Origin: Eledone cirrhosa
Lineage: Eukaryota
Length of the DNA: 64,000 nt
Assembly: GCA_964016885.1 (NCBI GenBank)
Contig: OZ024756.1
Coordinates: 40,238,001-40,302,000, forward strand
Direction of reading: 5' to 3'
The notes below the pieces were generated by a model that had not been told where the DNA came from, did no database searches, and worked only from the letters and a program-made list of their open reading frames with translations. Made by a program: the position numbers and the translations under genes. Of this stretch, positions 1-13,648 are shown one piece after another. Positions within the stretch are counted from its first letter, which is position 1; each line of letters opens with the position of its first letter.

Positions 1-186
1 CACACTCACACTCACACACACACACTCACACTCATTACTCACACACACACTCACACTCATTACTCACACACACACTCACATCATAAATACATAAATGAAC
101 AACAATACAAAGAGGAATAGACAGAGGTGAAGGGTGGGAGTTGGATGGGTGGGTGGTCGGGTGGGTTGAAAGATGAATAGATAGTG

Positions 187-229
<43 letters not shown>

Positions 230-262
230 TAGATAGATAGATAGATAGATATATAGATAGTG

Positions 263-293
<31 letters not shown>

Positions 294-312
294 TAGATAG
301 ACAGATAGATAT

Positions 313-389
<77 letters not shown>

Positions 390-412
390 CTGAGAGACAG
401 ATAGATAGATAG
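1..412. repeat. (CA)n-like, then (GACA)n/(GATA)n microsatellites
   Basis: Directly visible. Confidence 0.95.
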
Positions 413-610
413 AAAAATAAATAGATGTTTAGTGGAATAGGGATAACTCTGGACATGTTTTGATCGTATTAGACTTCATCAGTGAATCATATTCTGGTTA
501 TATAGTAAATGTTAGAATTAGTAAAGCAGAATATAACAGTTTCAAAAATAAATATTAAGTGGTGTAATAAATTATTAAAATTATTAATTTTTCATTACTA
601 AGATAGTAAC

Positions 611-1091
611 TTAACCCTTCCATTACCATATTTCTAATGAAAGACACTGTCTATGACCTTTAACTCTTTACCATTTACATTACTCTATATTTTCTATTAT
701 ATTTTCATGGTAAAAGCTTTACATCATGTAATTATCTCACATAATATCGAACCTATGAGATTTTGATATTATTTATCTTGAGAACAATACCTTAACGTCA
801 GTATGATTGGCCAGTTATGGCTAGTTTGAACAGAAAAAAGTGAGAGAATCCTGGCCGGATATAGCCGGTTTAAATGCTAAAGGGTTAAATAATTTTGAAA
901 ATAATCTAGAATTTGGAGAGGTTTAACTAAATTTTTCATTATTAAGCTGGTGTTTGGAACATAGCTTAACAAAGGCTCTTACATAAAATTGTGATAGTGT
1001 TTTTATAGATAAATTTAAACATTTTAAAGCAAACAGTTTTGTATTAGAGAACCAAGGTAAGTTTCTGGCAGTTTGGTGTCAAAAGGATTAA
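611..1091. mobile_element. piggyBac-type MITE with a second MITE nested at 660-888
   Basis: TTAACCCTT...AAGGATTAA outer ends. The inner element ends AATGCTAAAGGGTTAA and matches the copies at 5706, 19974 and 25524. Confidence 0.7.
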
Positions 1092-1364
1092 AAGTTAAAA
1101 TGACTGGGAAAGATTGTCCAGGGATGCCTACTGCATGAAAACTTAATAGAACCAGTGATGATAGGACTGCTGAAAACTAACAACATTACAGTTCACCAAT
1201 TGTAGTGTAAAGTGGAATATATAGAAAATAAACAAAATATAGATGGATACAGTAGATTGAGAGATAACATGCACACATATATATATAGTAAATGTGAAGG
1301 TGAAGACTAAAATCTGAAGAGGGCTCAATAAGGATTATATCTGCATCCACAGATTGATTTTTTT

Positions 1365-1414
1365 AGTTTCAGAAGATCCTGTTAGGGTGAAAGCAACAAT
1401 TCTTTGCTTAAACT
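1365..1414 (+). ncRNA. Variant-core hammerhead-like motif (CAGAAGA family)
   Basis: AGTTT-CAGAAGA-TCCTGTTAGGGT-GAAA-GCA...TGCTT-AAACT; stems I, II and III pair. Confidence 0.5.
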
Positions 1415-1643
1415 TTAATCTGTTCTTATAATATATATATGTATATATATATATATATATAGAGAGAGAGAAAAATCTACCAAAAGTTTACGGTAGTGTC
1501 CAATCCGTATGAAGAACTCAATGTAATCCAGATATCATGAAAAGAGAAGATGCATTCAAAAACTACTTTCGGTGAAAAATAAACGGAAAACAGAGTCAAG
1601 ATAAACTATTAAAAAAATAATGAATAAACAAAGAAACAGTTCC

Positions 1644-1698
<55 letters not shown>

Positions 1699-2214
1699 TA
1701 CAGTGACCAGCTGTCCAAATGACTGAAGAAATATGAAGACAACATAAATACCTGCAATATTCAGGGGGCTATTCCAGCAGAACACAAATATTCCAAAAGC
1801 AAGGAATGTGAATGCAGAAGATCCTGCCATGTTGGCTGAATTTGGTAAATATAATTTGGTTATCTTTATTATTATTACAATTCAGATAATTATTATTATT
1901 CAGATAATTATATTACTAAATATCTACAAATTCTTGATTATTTTGAAAATTATTTGAAACTCATAGACAGTGCCGTTCATAAGAAGTTTAGTAATAAAAG
2001 GGTTAATAAGCAAAACACCCTTCTTTCTCTTATACTCTGGATTTTGTGACGCGTGTATATGTCAGCCAGGGTGAGCTTTCACAACACTCTAATTCAGTTT
2101 TTCATTCACTAAAACTTCAAAAGGCGTGGTTACTGCCAGTTGAAAACTAAGTTATCTCTAGAATATTATATATTTCTTGTGTGTACTGTGCCATTTGTTT
2201 TGTTATTATTATTT

Positions 2215-3691
<1,477 letters not shown>

Positions 3692-4144
3692 AAGAAAAAT
3701 TATATTTCAAATGTATGATATCTATTTGATCAAAATTTATCAACTTTCAGCACACCCTGCTTCCATAGAGACATTAGATGGCTTATCAGTGTTATGATCT
3801 TGAACAATTTTTCAGATTCTTTAAAAATTCAAGATGCTTTAAAAAGTTTGATGAATTTAGGGTTGTATCTGACAACTTTGTTGGTGCAGATGGCAGATGG
3901 GCTGACGAGATGAGATCCTTTTTTTTGATATCAGTCTATCTTCAGTTGGGGGCTCTGTGACTCAGATATTCTGAATTCAAACCATGCAAAAGCCAACAGT
4001 AAAGAGACAAGAGAGAAGGATATAGTTATGGATGGTTGGCAGAAATACAGAGTGAGACACAACCCTAACCTTAACCCAACTTTTATATTACAAATTATAT
4101 AATATTTACTAAAATTCTGGACATACATTATGAAATTATAAATA

Positions 4145-4612
4145 AAATACACCCAGTACACTCTGTAAAGTGTGAGAGATGGTGCCACCATAAATTACAC
4201 CCAGTAGACTCTGTAAAGTGTGAGAGTTGGCCTCACTAAAAAATACACCTAATACACTCTGTAAAGTGTGAGAGTTGGTGCCACCATAAATTATACCCAG
4301 TACACTGTGTGTGTATGTGTGCATGTGTGTCTATGCCCACATCTGTCTCATAATGTAGTGATTCAACATAAGGAGGATCATTAGAATAAGTAAAGCAGTG
4401 CTCCAGCATGGTCACAGTCTAATGACTACAACCAGTACTAGGGTTGATATGATTGACTAAGTCAATGCGGTGTCCCAGCATGGCCATAGTCTAATGACTG
4501 AAACCAGTAAAAGAAGGCAATGTCCCAACATGGCCAAAGTCTAACGACTATAACCAGTAAATCAAGGCAGTGCTCCAGCATGGTTGCAGTCTAATGACTA
4601 CAACCAATAAAA
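4145..4612. repeat. Two short degenerate tandem arrays (about 50-bp units), probably SINE-derived
   Basis: Repeats of acacccagtacactctgtaaagtgtgagag, then repeats of ccagcatggccatagtctaatgact. Confidence 0.6.
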
Positions 4613-5122
4613 CAGAGGAATATATGTCAACAAGATACACCCCATTCCACCAAATTATTAGACCAGTGGTTCTCACAGCATGTTTTTGACAAAGTAAATA
4701 TATTATTTATCAACTACCAGGCCCTGCTGGAAGGAGTGCTTGAGGACTCTTCCCCCAACGACCCTCTCAGGAATAAGAAGGATGGTGGGGGGGGGGGCAG
4801 GAGAAGAAGGACTGTCTACCATAAATTCGAAAATTTATAGTAGACAGTTGACACATTTTACTAAACTTTACTTGTTTGCCCCTTTGACAGCTAAATATAC
4901 AATCTCTCTCTCTCTCTATCATCAGCATCATCATCATCATCATCATCATATGTATATATATATAGGCAATATATACCAGAAGTCGAGAGACATCAACTGT
5001 GAACTTCTGGTGTCACAGTTTCAACCCTTGTCCTGGAGTATTTTACAAGATGAAAATGAAGAACTTCGTGAAATTACAAGGCAAGGTCAAAATATGTACA
5101 TAATATGTGTGTTTATATATAC

Positions 5123-5222
<100 letters not shown>

Positions 5223-5705
5223 GCACACTTCCAAATATTCCGTATCGCTCTATCAGCTACAAGCTGGATTTTCACTGATATTCCCTAATTGTTGCTACTT
5301 CCACCCTGTTGCCTCCCACATTTCCCCTTCTCTCCTCCCCTCCCTGCCCCCACCACCACATACACCCTCCGCTCCCCCCACCATCATTAATAGTAACCAT
5401 TCCTCCATCCTCTCAATAATATTGAAATATTGTTTACACAGTCACACCCTAATGTAGCTAACGCTATTCCCACGCACTGCCACCACCAACACAGCATTGT
5501 GGCACATATAGCAAATGCTCAATAAAATAAACATTAAACATTAAACTAGACTCAACTTTAAAAAAATAGACCCAGAATTTCCTGGCTTCTCAAACCTCCT
5601 CCTCACCCCCCCCCCCCCCCAGACTTGTAGACAGCTGACAAGAAAGTTAGCAGACTAAAAGAATTTGACCCCACCACATTTGGACAGAGTAGATACCTAT
5701 TTAGT

Positions 5706-5917
5706 TTAACCCTTTAGCATTCATATTACTCTCTATATTTACTATTGTATTTTCGTAGTAAAGGCTTTTTCACATAATATCGAATCTATGAGATTTTGAT
5801 ATTATTTATTTTGAGAACAATACCAAACATCAGTATAAGTGGCCGGTTACAACCGGTTTGAACAGAAAGAGTGAGAAATTCTGGCCAGATATGGCTGGTT
5901 TAAATGCTAAAGGGTTA
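5706..5917. mobile_element. piggyBac-type MITE
   Basis: TIR TTAACCCTTTAGCATT...AATGCTAAAGGGTTA. Confidence 0.8.
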
Positions 5918-5949
5918 GATGTAGTTTCCCTCTACACCTGTCCCAGTCT

Positions 5950-7125
5950 CCTTGACCATTGACTTAATGACGGACATCATTACCTCCACCAACCTCAAGT
6001 GTTTCCAGCTCACTGCTGCTGACATCCAACTCTTTCGTCATGTGTAACACCTTTTTCCAGTTTGAGAGTTCTGTATACAAACAAATCTCAGGACTTCCAA
6101 TGGGATCTAATCTCTCAGGCCTGCTAGCCATCATGGACCAGTTGGAGTTGCACAGTCCTCACCACCTGCCACTCTTGGTCCTTCTTCTCCAAGTACTTGG
6201 ATGACATCCTTATGCTCACTTCATCACGTGAAAAGCAGTCAAGATCTACAGCATATTTGAAAACATTGACACACACACACACATAAAATTTGAGGTTGAA
6301 CATCAAGACACCACTGGATCCTTCTCTCTGACTTTACACTTCGAGTCAGAGCAGGGAGCCATATACACCAAATTTTACAGGAAGGATGTCTGCAGACATT
6401 TTTGTGAACCATGACTCCACCCTTCCCAACAGAGCCAAAATGGCCTATATATGGAATGAAGATCTCCCAGATATGCAACAGATCCAGTGAGGGTAGTGAC
6501 AGACATACCACCAGCACAGTAGAATTCCAAAGAACTCTCACAGAAAATGGCTACCGTACCCTACTTGTCTCACTAAACACTGAAATAAGGCAGCAATACA
6601 TTTCAGTGAGATGACAGTTGCCATTAAACAAGCCATCCATAAGGAGATACTGAATATACAACTGGCACACTTGGGATCCACATTGAGGAGACTGCTCCAC
6701 AGACACCAACCCACATACTACGATATATCCACTCTTTCTAATTGTCCCTTCAACAACATAGAAGTGTGCATGAGAGCATATGTGGTCTATAAGATCATGT
6801 GCCAAAAATGTAGCTCTAGATACATTGGAAGTACCATAAGGGGCCTACACATATGGATCAAGGAGAACCAAGACATTGAGGTCACCATAGAGGAGACTGA
6901 AAGTAATATAGGTAATTTAAGGATTAAGGAGGCCATTTTCATTAGCCGAATAAAACCAGAGATTAATAATAAGTCAGAAATGCTTACAGTAGTGAACTCA
7001 CACATGCACGTGGTTTTCAAATACATAGACCAGTTAGGGAAGAAAACTCTGATTGCTTCCTTTGTCCTGGACTGTTTCCACTTCACATCTGAAAAGAGGG
7101 TTTTACCTCCGAAATATCATGGAAA
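5950..7125 (+). mobile_element. Decayed Penelope-like retroelement (RT plus C-terminal GIY-YIG endonuclease)
   Basis: Frameshifted RT motifs GLPMGSNLS and YLDDI; GIY-YIG motifs VVYKIMCQKCSSRYIGST and IKEAIFI...KPEIN; degenerate hammerhead-like motif at 7086-7121. Confidence 0.85.
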
Positions 7126-7516
7126 ATACACTGGGTAAAACATTAATTTGTTTTGTTTCATTTGCCCTTTGTATTTCTCTACCGCATTATACTGGCTTTA
7201 TATATTTACATACATACATATATACTAAGTTAAGGTATTATAACATATATAATAATTATGTTTCTCAGTAGAAAACCTCAATGGATGTTTGTCCAAAGCA
7301 TTAATAATTCAAATAAGATATATGTATGTATATATATATATATATATATATAAGGGATAACAAAATATCATTATAGGTAATCAGTTAGAGGTTCTGAATA
7401 CTTTGTATTGTGGATAGTTTTAGCGTACGGCGTTGTTTGACTCAACAAGAGGTTTCCGCAGGTGGCGAGTTTATGAGTTCTCTTGTATTCCTATGTAAGT
7501 TTATCTTGGAGTAATA

Positions 7517-7849
7517 ATATTGAAAGAGTGAAGAATAACATGGTCAACAGTACAAAAAAGGGGTTTTATTTAGTCTTAACAATTGTTTCACTGATTAAGT
7601 TGTCTAAAAATTGCTGAACACTTGAAGCTGTGCCACTCAATTTTAAATACGTTGTTAGCATATTTTTAACAGTTTTTAACAGTTCTTCTGATGATCTGGT
7701 TAAGCTAACAACATATTTAAAATTGAGTGGCACAGCTTCAAGTGTTCAGCAATTTTTAGACAACTTAATCAGTGAAACAATTGTTAAGACTGTAAATAAA
7801 ACCCCTTTTTTGTACTGTTGACCATGTTATTCTTCACTCTTTCAATATA
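7517..7849. mobile_element. Palindromic non-autonomous element (about 140-bp inverted arms) with a plus-strand hammerhead at 7684-7789
   Basis: Arms about 7517-7659 and 7704-7849 are near-exact reverse complements; the element ends in (TA)n. Confidence 0.75.
7684..7789 (+). ncRNA. Type I hammerhead ribozyme with enlarged loop II
   Basis: TCTT-CTGATGA-T-CTGGTTAAG...CTTAATCAG-T-GAAAC-AATT-GTT-AAGA. Confidence 0.65.
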
Positions 7850-9136
7850 TATATATAAAGAGATAGAGAAACACAGCATTTTGTACACATATATAAAGCA
7901 TATAATATTTAGGAAAAAGTACATACTTTAAGGTGGAAAATTTCTTATATTCCTCACGGTAGTTTCATAGTTCATCTTTGGATAAGTTCCAAAATACCAT
8001 TATATCTGTCAGGTCAAAACTATAACCTCGTGGTGTGAAGAACATTTTGACTGTGGTGGGACAATTCCCGTCTAACCCACGCTAGCGTGGAAGATAGACG
8101 TTAAACCATGATGATGATGTGTGTGTATATATATATCTATATAGCTCATCATCATTGTCGTTTTAACATCTACTTCCTCTACTAGCAAGGGATGGACGGG
8201 TCTATATAGATGAAGTCTGAAGTTTGCTTCAGCAAAGCTACTGATCTCCCAAGCAAGCCAGGGATCTGTGTCACACTTATGTACAGTCCTGTGTTCTGTT
8301 TTATTGAGTGCTCAGGAGAGGTTGTCATGCCTTTGACATAACTGAGGGTCCTCCCAACCCTTTGTCTGGCAAGATACCCTTCCTATCACCAACACTAGGG
8401 AGGCTGACATACCCTTGACAAGACTGGAAGGTCCTCAATTGGTAGATCCACAGGAGAAGTAAGAACTAAGAACTCATATGAATCACATTCTTTCAGCTGA
8501 AATTGTCAACAGTTTTTGTTACTTAGGCGATCAATTTATTATATCTACAGGAGTTGATAATAAAGAAATATATTTATCAAATAAACAAATATATCTATCT
8601 ATAAAGAAATATAAATATATATATGGTGGCTGCCAACTCGTTTTCGAGTACGGCCACTACTTTATATCCATGTAGGAGAACCCTTACCGATGCGCTGAAC
8701 AAGTGTGACTTTTTAGTCCAGCCAGCGACTTGAAAACTCTGGTACAAACACTACACTTGTGACAATTACTGACACACAGTGCTGGGCCCATGGTACCATG
8801 TGACGACAAGTGCAGAGAGATCTCCAGATATAAAGCAATGCCTGTGCCGTGAAGCTTTTATAGTGAGCAAAGGCACTGCACAAAGCCAGTCCCACTCTCT
8901 TAACCAAGATGATATTTACCAAAAAGAAGAACAAGTCAATATCATTGGATACCATCAGGGTTGCAGGTGTTACATCAGAGTTTTCCTTCTCCTAGAATTC
9001 TGCCTTGACAAAGGCTAAGGGCTCATCTCTCCCGGTGATTCTCAACTCCAGGTAGGAGCAACGTGAAATAAAATGTCTTGCTCAAGGACATAACGCATCA
9101 GCCAGTCTGGGAATCGAACTCACAACCTCATGATTG

Positions 9137-9284
<148 letters not shown>

Positions 9285-9679
9285 TGGATGAGAAATCATC
9301 ACTTCTGGCATGAATGAAAACATTTTAGAACAATTTTGACAGACTGCTGCCTTCATGCAACAGATGGATAGAAAATGCAGTACAAACATGTCGCTTGAAA
9401 CAATTTTTTATACATAAATAATGACAATAATCAAAACAACAAAGGCAACACTTAAAATTACTCATTATCTTAATTATTTTATTTTTGTTTTGTTTTTTCT
9501 TACTAAATATACAGTGAAAAGCTCCAATCAGATATGGACTGAATTCTTTACATGGACTGGCCAGCTCTACATACACACACATGGTATATGTACAGTCAAC
9601 AGCATTGGCTTGTTCAAAGGGGGCATGTCAACATATCTACCATTTCATTTTTCCATTAGCTGAGCTACAACACATGTTT

Positions 9680-11118
9680 AGCTATGATGTAGCTATGATG
9701 TCACTTCACTACAACATACCTTTAGCTGTGATGTAGCTGTGATGTCACTTCACTACATCTTTAGTTGTGATGTAGCTATGATGTCACTTCACTACAACAC
9801 ATCTTTAGCTGTGATGTAGCTGTGATGTCACTTCACTACATCTTTAGTTGTGATGTAGCTATGATGTCACTTCACTACAACACATCTTTAGCTGTGTTGT
9901 AGCTATGATGTCACTTCAATACAACACATCTTTAGCTGTGATGTCACTTCTGTACAACACATATTTAGCTGTGATGTAATGTAGCTAGGATGTAGTTATG
10001 ATGTCACTTCAATACAACACATCTTTAGCTGTGATGTCACTTCAATACACCACATCTTTAGCTGTGATGCCACTTCTGTACAACACATCTTTAGCTGTGA
10101 TGTCACTTCAATACAACACATCTTTAGCTGTGATGCCACTTCAATACACCACATCTTTAGCTGTGATGCCACTTCTGTACAACACATCTTTAGCTGTGAT
10201 GTCACTTCAATACAACACATCTTTAGCTGTGATGCCACTTCTGTACAACACATCTTTAGCTGTGATGCCACTTCTGTACAACACATATTTAGCTGTGATG
10301 TAATGTAGCTAGGATGTAGTTATGATGTCACTTCAATACAACACATCTTTAGCTGTGATGTCACTTCAATACACCACATCTTTAGCTGTGATGCCACTTC
10401 TGTACAACACATCTTTAGCTGTGATGTCACTTCAATACAACACATCTTTAGCTGTGATGCCACTTCTGTACAACACATCTTTAGCTGTGATGCCACTTCT
10501 GTACAACACATATTTAGCTGTGATGTAATGTAGCTAGGATGTAGTTATGATGTCACTTCAATACAACACATCTTTAGCTGTGATGTCACTTCAATACACC
10601 ACATCTTTAGCTGTGATGCCACTTCTGTACAACACATCTTTAGCTGTGATGTCACTTCAATACAACACATCTTTAGCTGTGATGCCACTTCTGTACAACA
10701 CATCTTTAGCTGTGATGCCACTTCTGTACAACACATATTTAGCTGTGATGTAATGTAGCTAGGATGTAGTTATGATGTCACTTCAATACAACACATCTTT
10801 AGCTGTGATGTCACTTCAATACAACACATCTTTAGCTGTGATGTCACTTCAATACACCACATCTTTAGCTGTGATGCCACTTCTGTACAACACATCTTTA
10901 GCTGTGATGCCACTTCTGTACAACACATCTTTAGCTGTGATGTCACTTCAATATAACACATCTTTAGCTGTGATGTCACTTCAATACAACACATCTTTAG
11001 CTGTGATGTCACTTCAATACACCACATCTTTAGCTGTGATGTCACTTCTGTACAACACATCTTTAGCTGTGATGTAATGTAGCTAGGATGTAGTTATAAT
11101 GTCACTTCACTACAACAC
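9680..11118. repeat. 33-bp minisatellite with higher-order 225/324-bp periods
   Basis: Unit gtgatgtcacttcaatacaacacatctttagct; a marker segment recurs near 9978, 10302, 10527, 10752 and 11076. Confidence 0.93.
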
Positions 11119-11589
11119 ACCCACCCCTCTTCTGCCATTGCTTCAGCCTACTTGGAAACAGGGATGTTTTTTCTTTGGATATGATTGAATAATAATAATA
11201 ATAGTAATAATAATCATAATAATAATAATGGTGTTAGTGATGATGATGATGGTAGAAGTTTAGGTAGAAAGGGTGGTGAAAGTGAGCTGCACAAAATACA
11301 CATTGAAAAGAGTGACTACAAGTAAACCAGTATGTTAACAATGGCAGAGGAAATGGAATAATAATAATAATGATAATAATAATTAAATAATGATAATAAA
11401 ATGATAATTGTGATAATAAAAATAAATAAAGACTATTGCTTTCCCCGTAAAACTTGCTATTACAACTGTTTTTTCTTCTCATTCATCTTCTGCCTTTCTT
11501 AAAAAATAAAAAGTGAAATAAAATAAAAAATAACAATCATAATAATTGTCAAGTTAAAGTAGTTTGTTGTGTTCATGTTTAGTTAGTGT

Positions 11590-11822
11590 GTGTATGTCTA
11601 GCTTGTGTTTATGTTGTGTTCCTGTCTAGGTTGAGTTCCTGTTTAGGTTGAGTTCCTGTTTAGGTTGTGTTCATATCTAGTTTTAGTTCCTGTTTAGGTA
11701 GTGTTCACATCTAGCTCGAGCTCCTATTTAGGTTGCCTTCACATCTAGTTTGAGTTCCTGTTTAGGTTATCTCCATATCTAGCTTTAGTTCCTGTTTAGG
11801 TTGTCTTCATATCTAGCTTGAG
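11590..11822. repeat. Degenerate tandem repeat (about 35 bp) just after the TOP1 stop codon (3' UTR)
   Basis: Recurring catatctagctttagttcctgtttaggttg. Confidence 0.75.
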
Positions 11823-11830
11823 AGCTGTCA

Positions 11831-11933
11831 TTAAAACCTGAAATCTGGTGTAGCCATATCAATAGCCCAACGGAATTTCTCACGTTGGGTCTTGTTGTAA
11901 ATTTTTTCCAGTGGAGCTTCCCATTTTTTGCAC
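11831..11933 (-). CDS. TOP1: TOP1 terminal exon 19 ([33 protein letters not shown])
   Basis: Conserved C-terminus; TAA stop at 11831-11833. Confidence 0.97.
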
Positions 11934-13532
11934 CTACAAATAGAAAAAATAATTGAAATCCACCATAATTTGCCACGTGTTTATATATTTAGAGATTCTG
12001 TCTTTCACTCTTTTAAAATTTACACACACACATATATAATATTTACAGGAAGTTTACTTTCTAGATTTTTAACCTAACATTTGTCTGTGTAAATAATTAT
12101 TTCTACAAAGTTACTCCTTCATTTAACCCTTTACCATTTACATTACTGTGAAAATACAATAGTATATATAGAGTAAAGGCTTTACCTCACATATCTCACA
12201 ACATTTACATTACTCTATATTTATTATTGTATTTTCATAGTAAAGGCTTTACCTCACATATCTCACAACATTTACATTACTCTATATTTATTATTGTATT
12301 TTCATAGTAAAGGCTTTACCTCACATATCTCACAACATTTACATTACTCTATATTTACTATTGTATTTTCACAGTAAAGGCTTTACCTCACATATCTCAC
12401 AACATTTACATTACTCTATATTTACTATTGTATTTTCACAGTAAAAGCTTTACCTCACATATCTCACAACATTTACATTACTCTATATTTATTATTGTAT
12501 TTTCACAGTAAAGGCTTTACCTCACATATCTCACATTTACATTACTCTATATTTACTATTGTATTTTCAATGTAAACACTTTAATTCACATAATTATTTC
12601 ACATAATGTCGAATCTATGAGATTTTGATATTATTTATTTTGAGAACAATACCTTAGCATAAGTATTAGCAGCTGGTTACTATCGGTTTGAACAGAAAGA
12701 GGTGAGAGAATTCTGGCCAGATACGGCCAGTTTAAATGCCAAAGGGTTAATCCTGTACATCATTTGTACATATATGTTAAATATTTATGTAATTATATTG
12801 TAGAAATAAATTATCAAAATATTATTCTCATCTTTAATCAATTCTACATGTCAATAACATAAACTATAGGGTTTCTCTTATGCAAACCATTAATCTATCA
12901 AAATGCAAATCTTTAGTTTGTATGATTGTTTCAATCTCCAGTAATCCTGAACTATGTTCAATGCTATTGCCAGCATTATTAACAGCACTGGTTTAGAAGA
13001 TGTAGTAATGGAAATACAATGTCTTATGACCATACATCATATAAGATATGTGTCTAAATTAAGATGACCAACACTACAATTACATTATGTCTTCTCCAAC
13101 TGACTTCCCACATGTGTAAAGTTATGACAATCAATACTTACCAAGCAACAGAGATCCTTGGATCTAAATAGTTTAATTTTGAGGTGCCCAAAGCAATTTC
13201 TTTATTTTCATCCTGTACAAAGGAAAAACAAAATCTCAAAAATCATGTTTTCTATTTAAAACACAAAAAATAAATAACATAAGAATCAGCATGTAGGAGT
13301 TTTGATGGACAAACAACTTATCCTAATAACAAATGTTTTGATAATTCAAAGCAGAGAAAGCAGGCTTTGCTAACATCAATTATATGTTATAAAGATATCT
13401 TATACATATACCAGGTGTGCTTTTCAACCCCCTCCCCCCTTTTTTTTTCATCATTTTCCTTATATAACGTGATCTGTATAAAACGTTTTCTAACATCCAC
13501 ACTTTTTCACTATATATATATATATAGGTATA

Positions 13533-13573
<41 letters not shown>

Positions 13574-13610
13574 CATATATATATATATATTTTATTTTAG
13601 TACTATTCTG

Positions 13611-13648
<38 letters not shown>

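Noticed and set aside
445-490. CTGATGA hammerhead-like motif on the minus strand
   Set aside because: GAAA has become AAAA and stem I does not pair. At most it is a dead PLE terminus remnant.
1050-1063. AAG|GTAAGT donor on the plus strand
   Set aside because: It lies inside a MITE copy with no open exon upstream.
9680-11118. CRISPR-like look of the 33-bp array (also the 40-bp, 31-bp and 30-bp arrays)
   Set aside because: There are no unique spacers and no cas genes, and the context is eukaryotic. They are head-to-tail minisatellites, and their repeat ORFs are artefacts.
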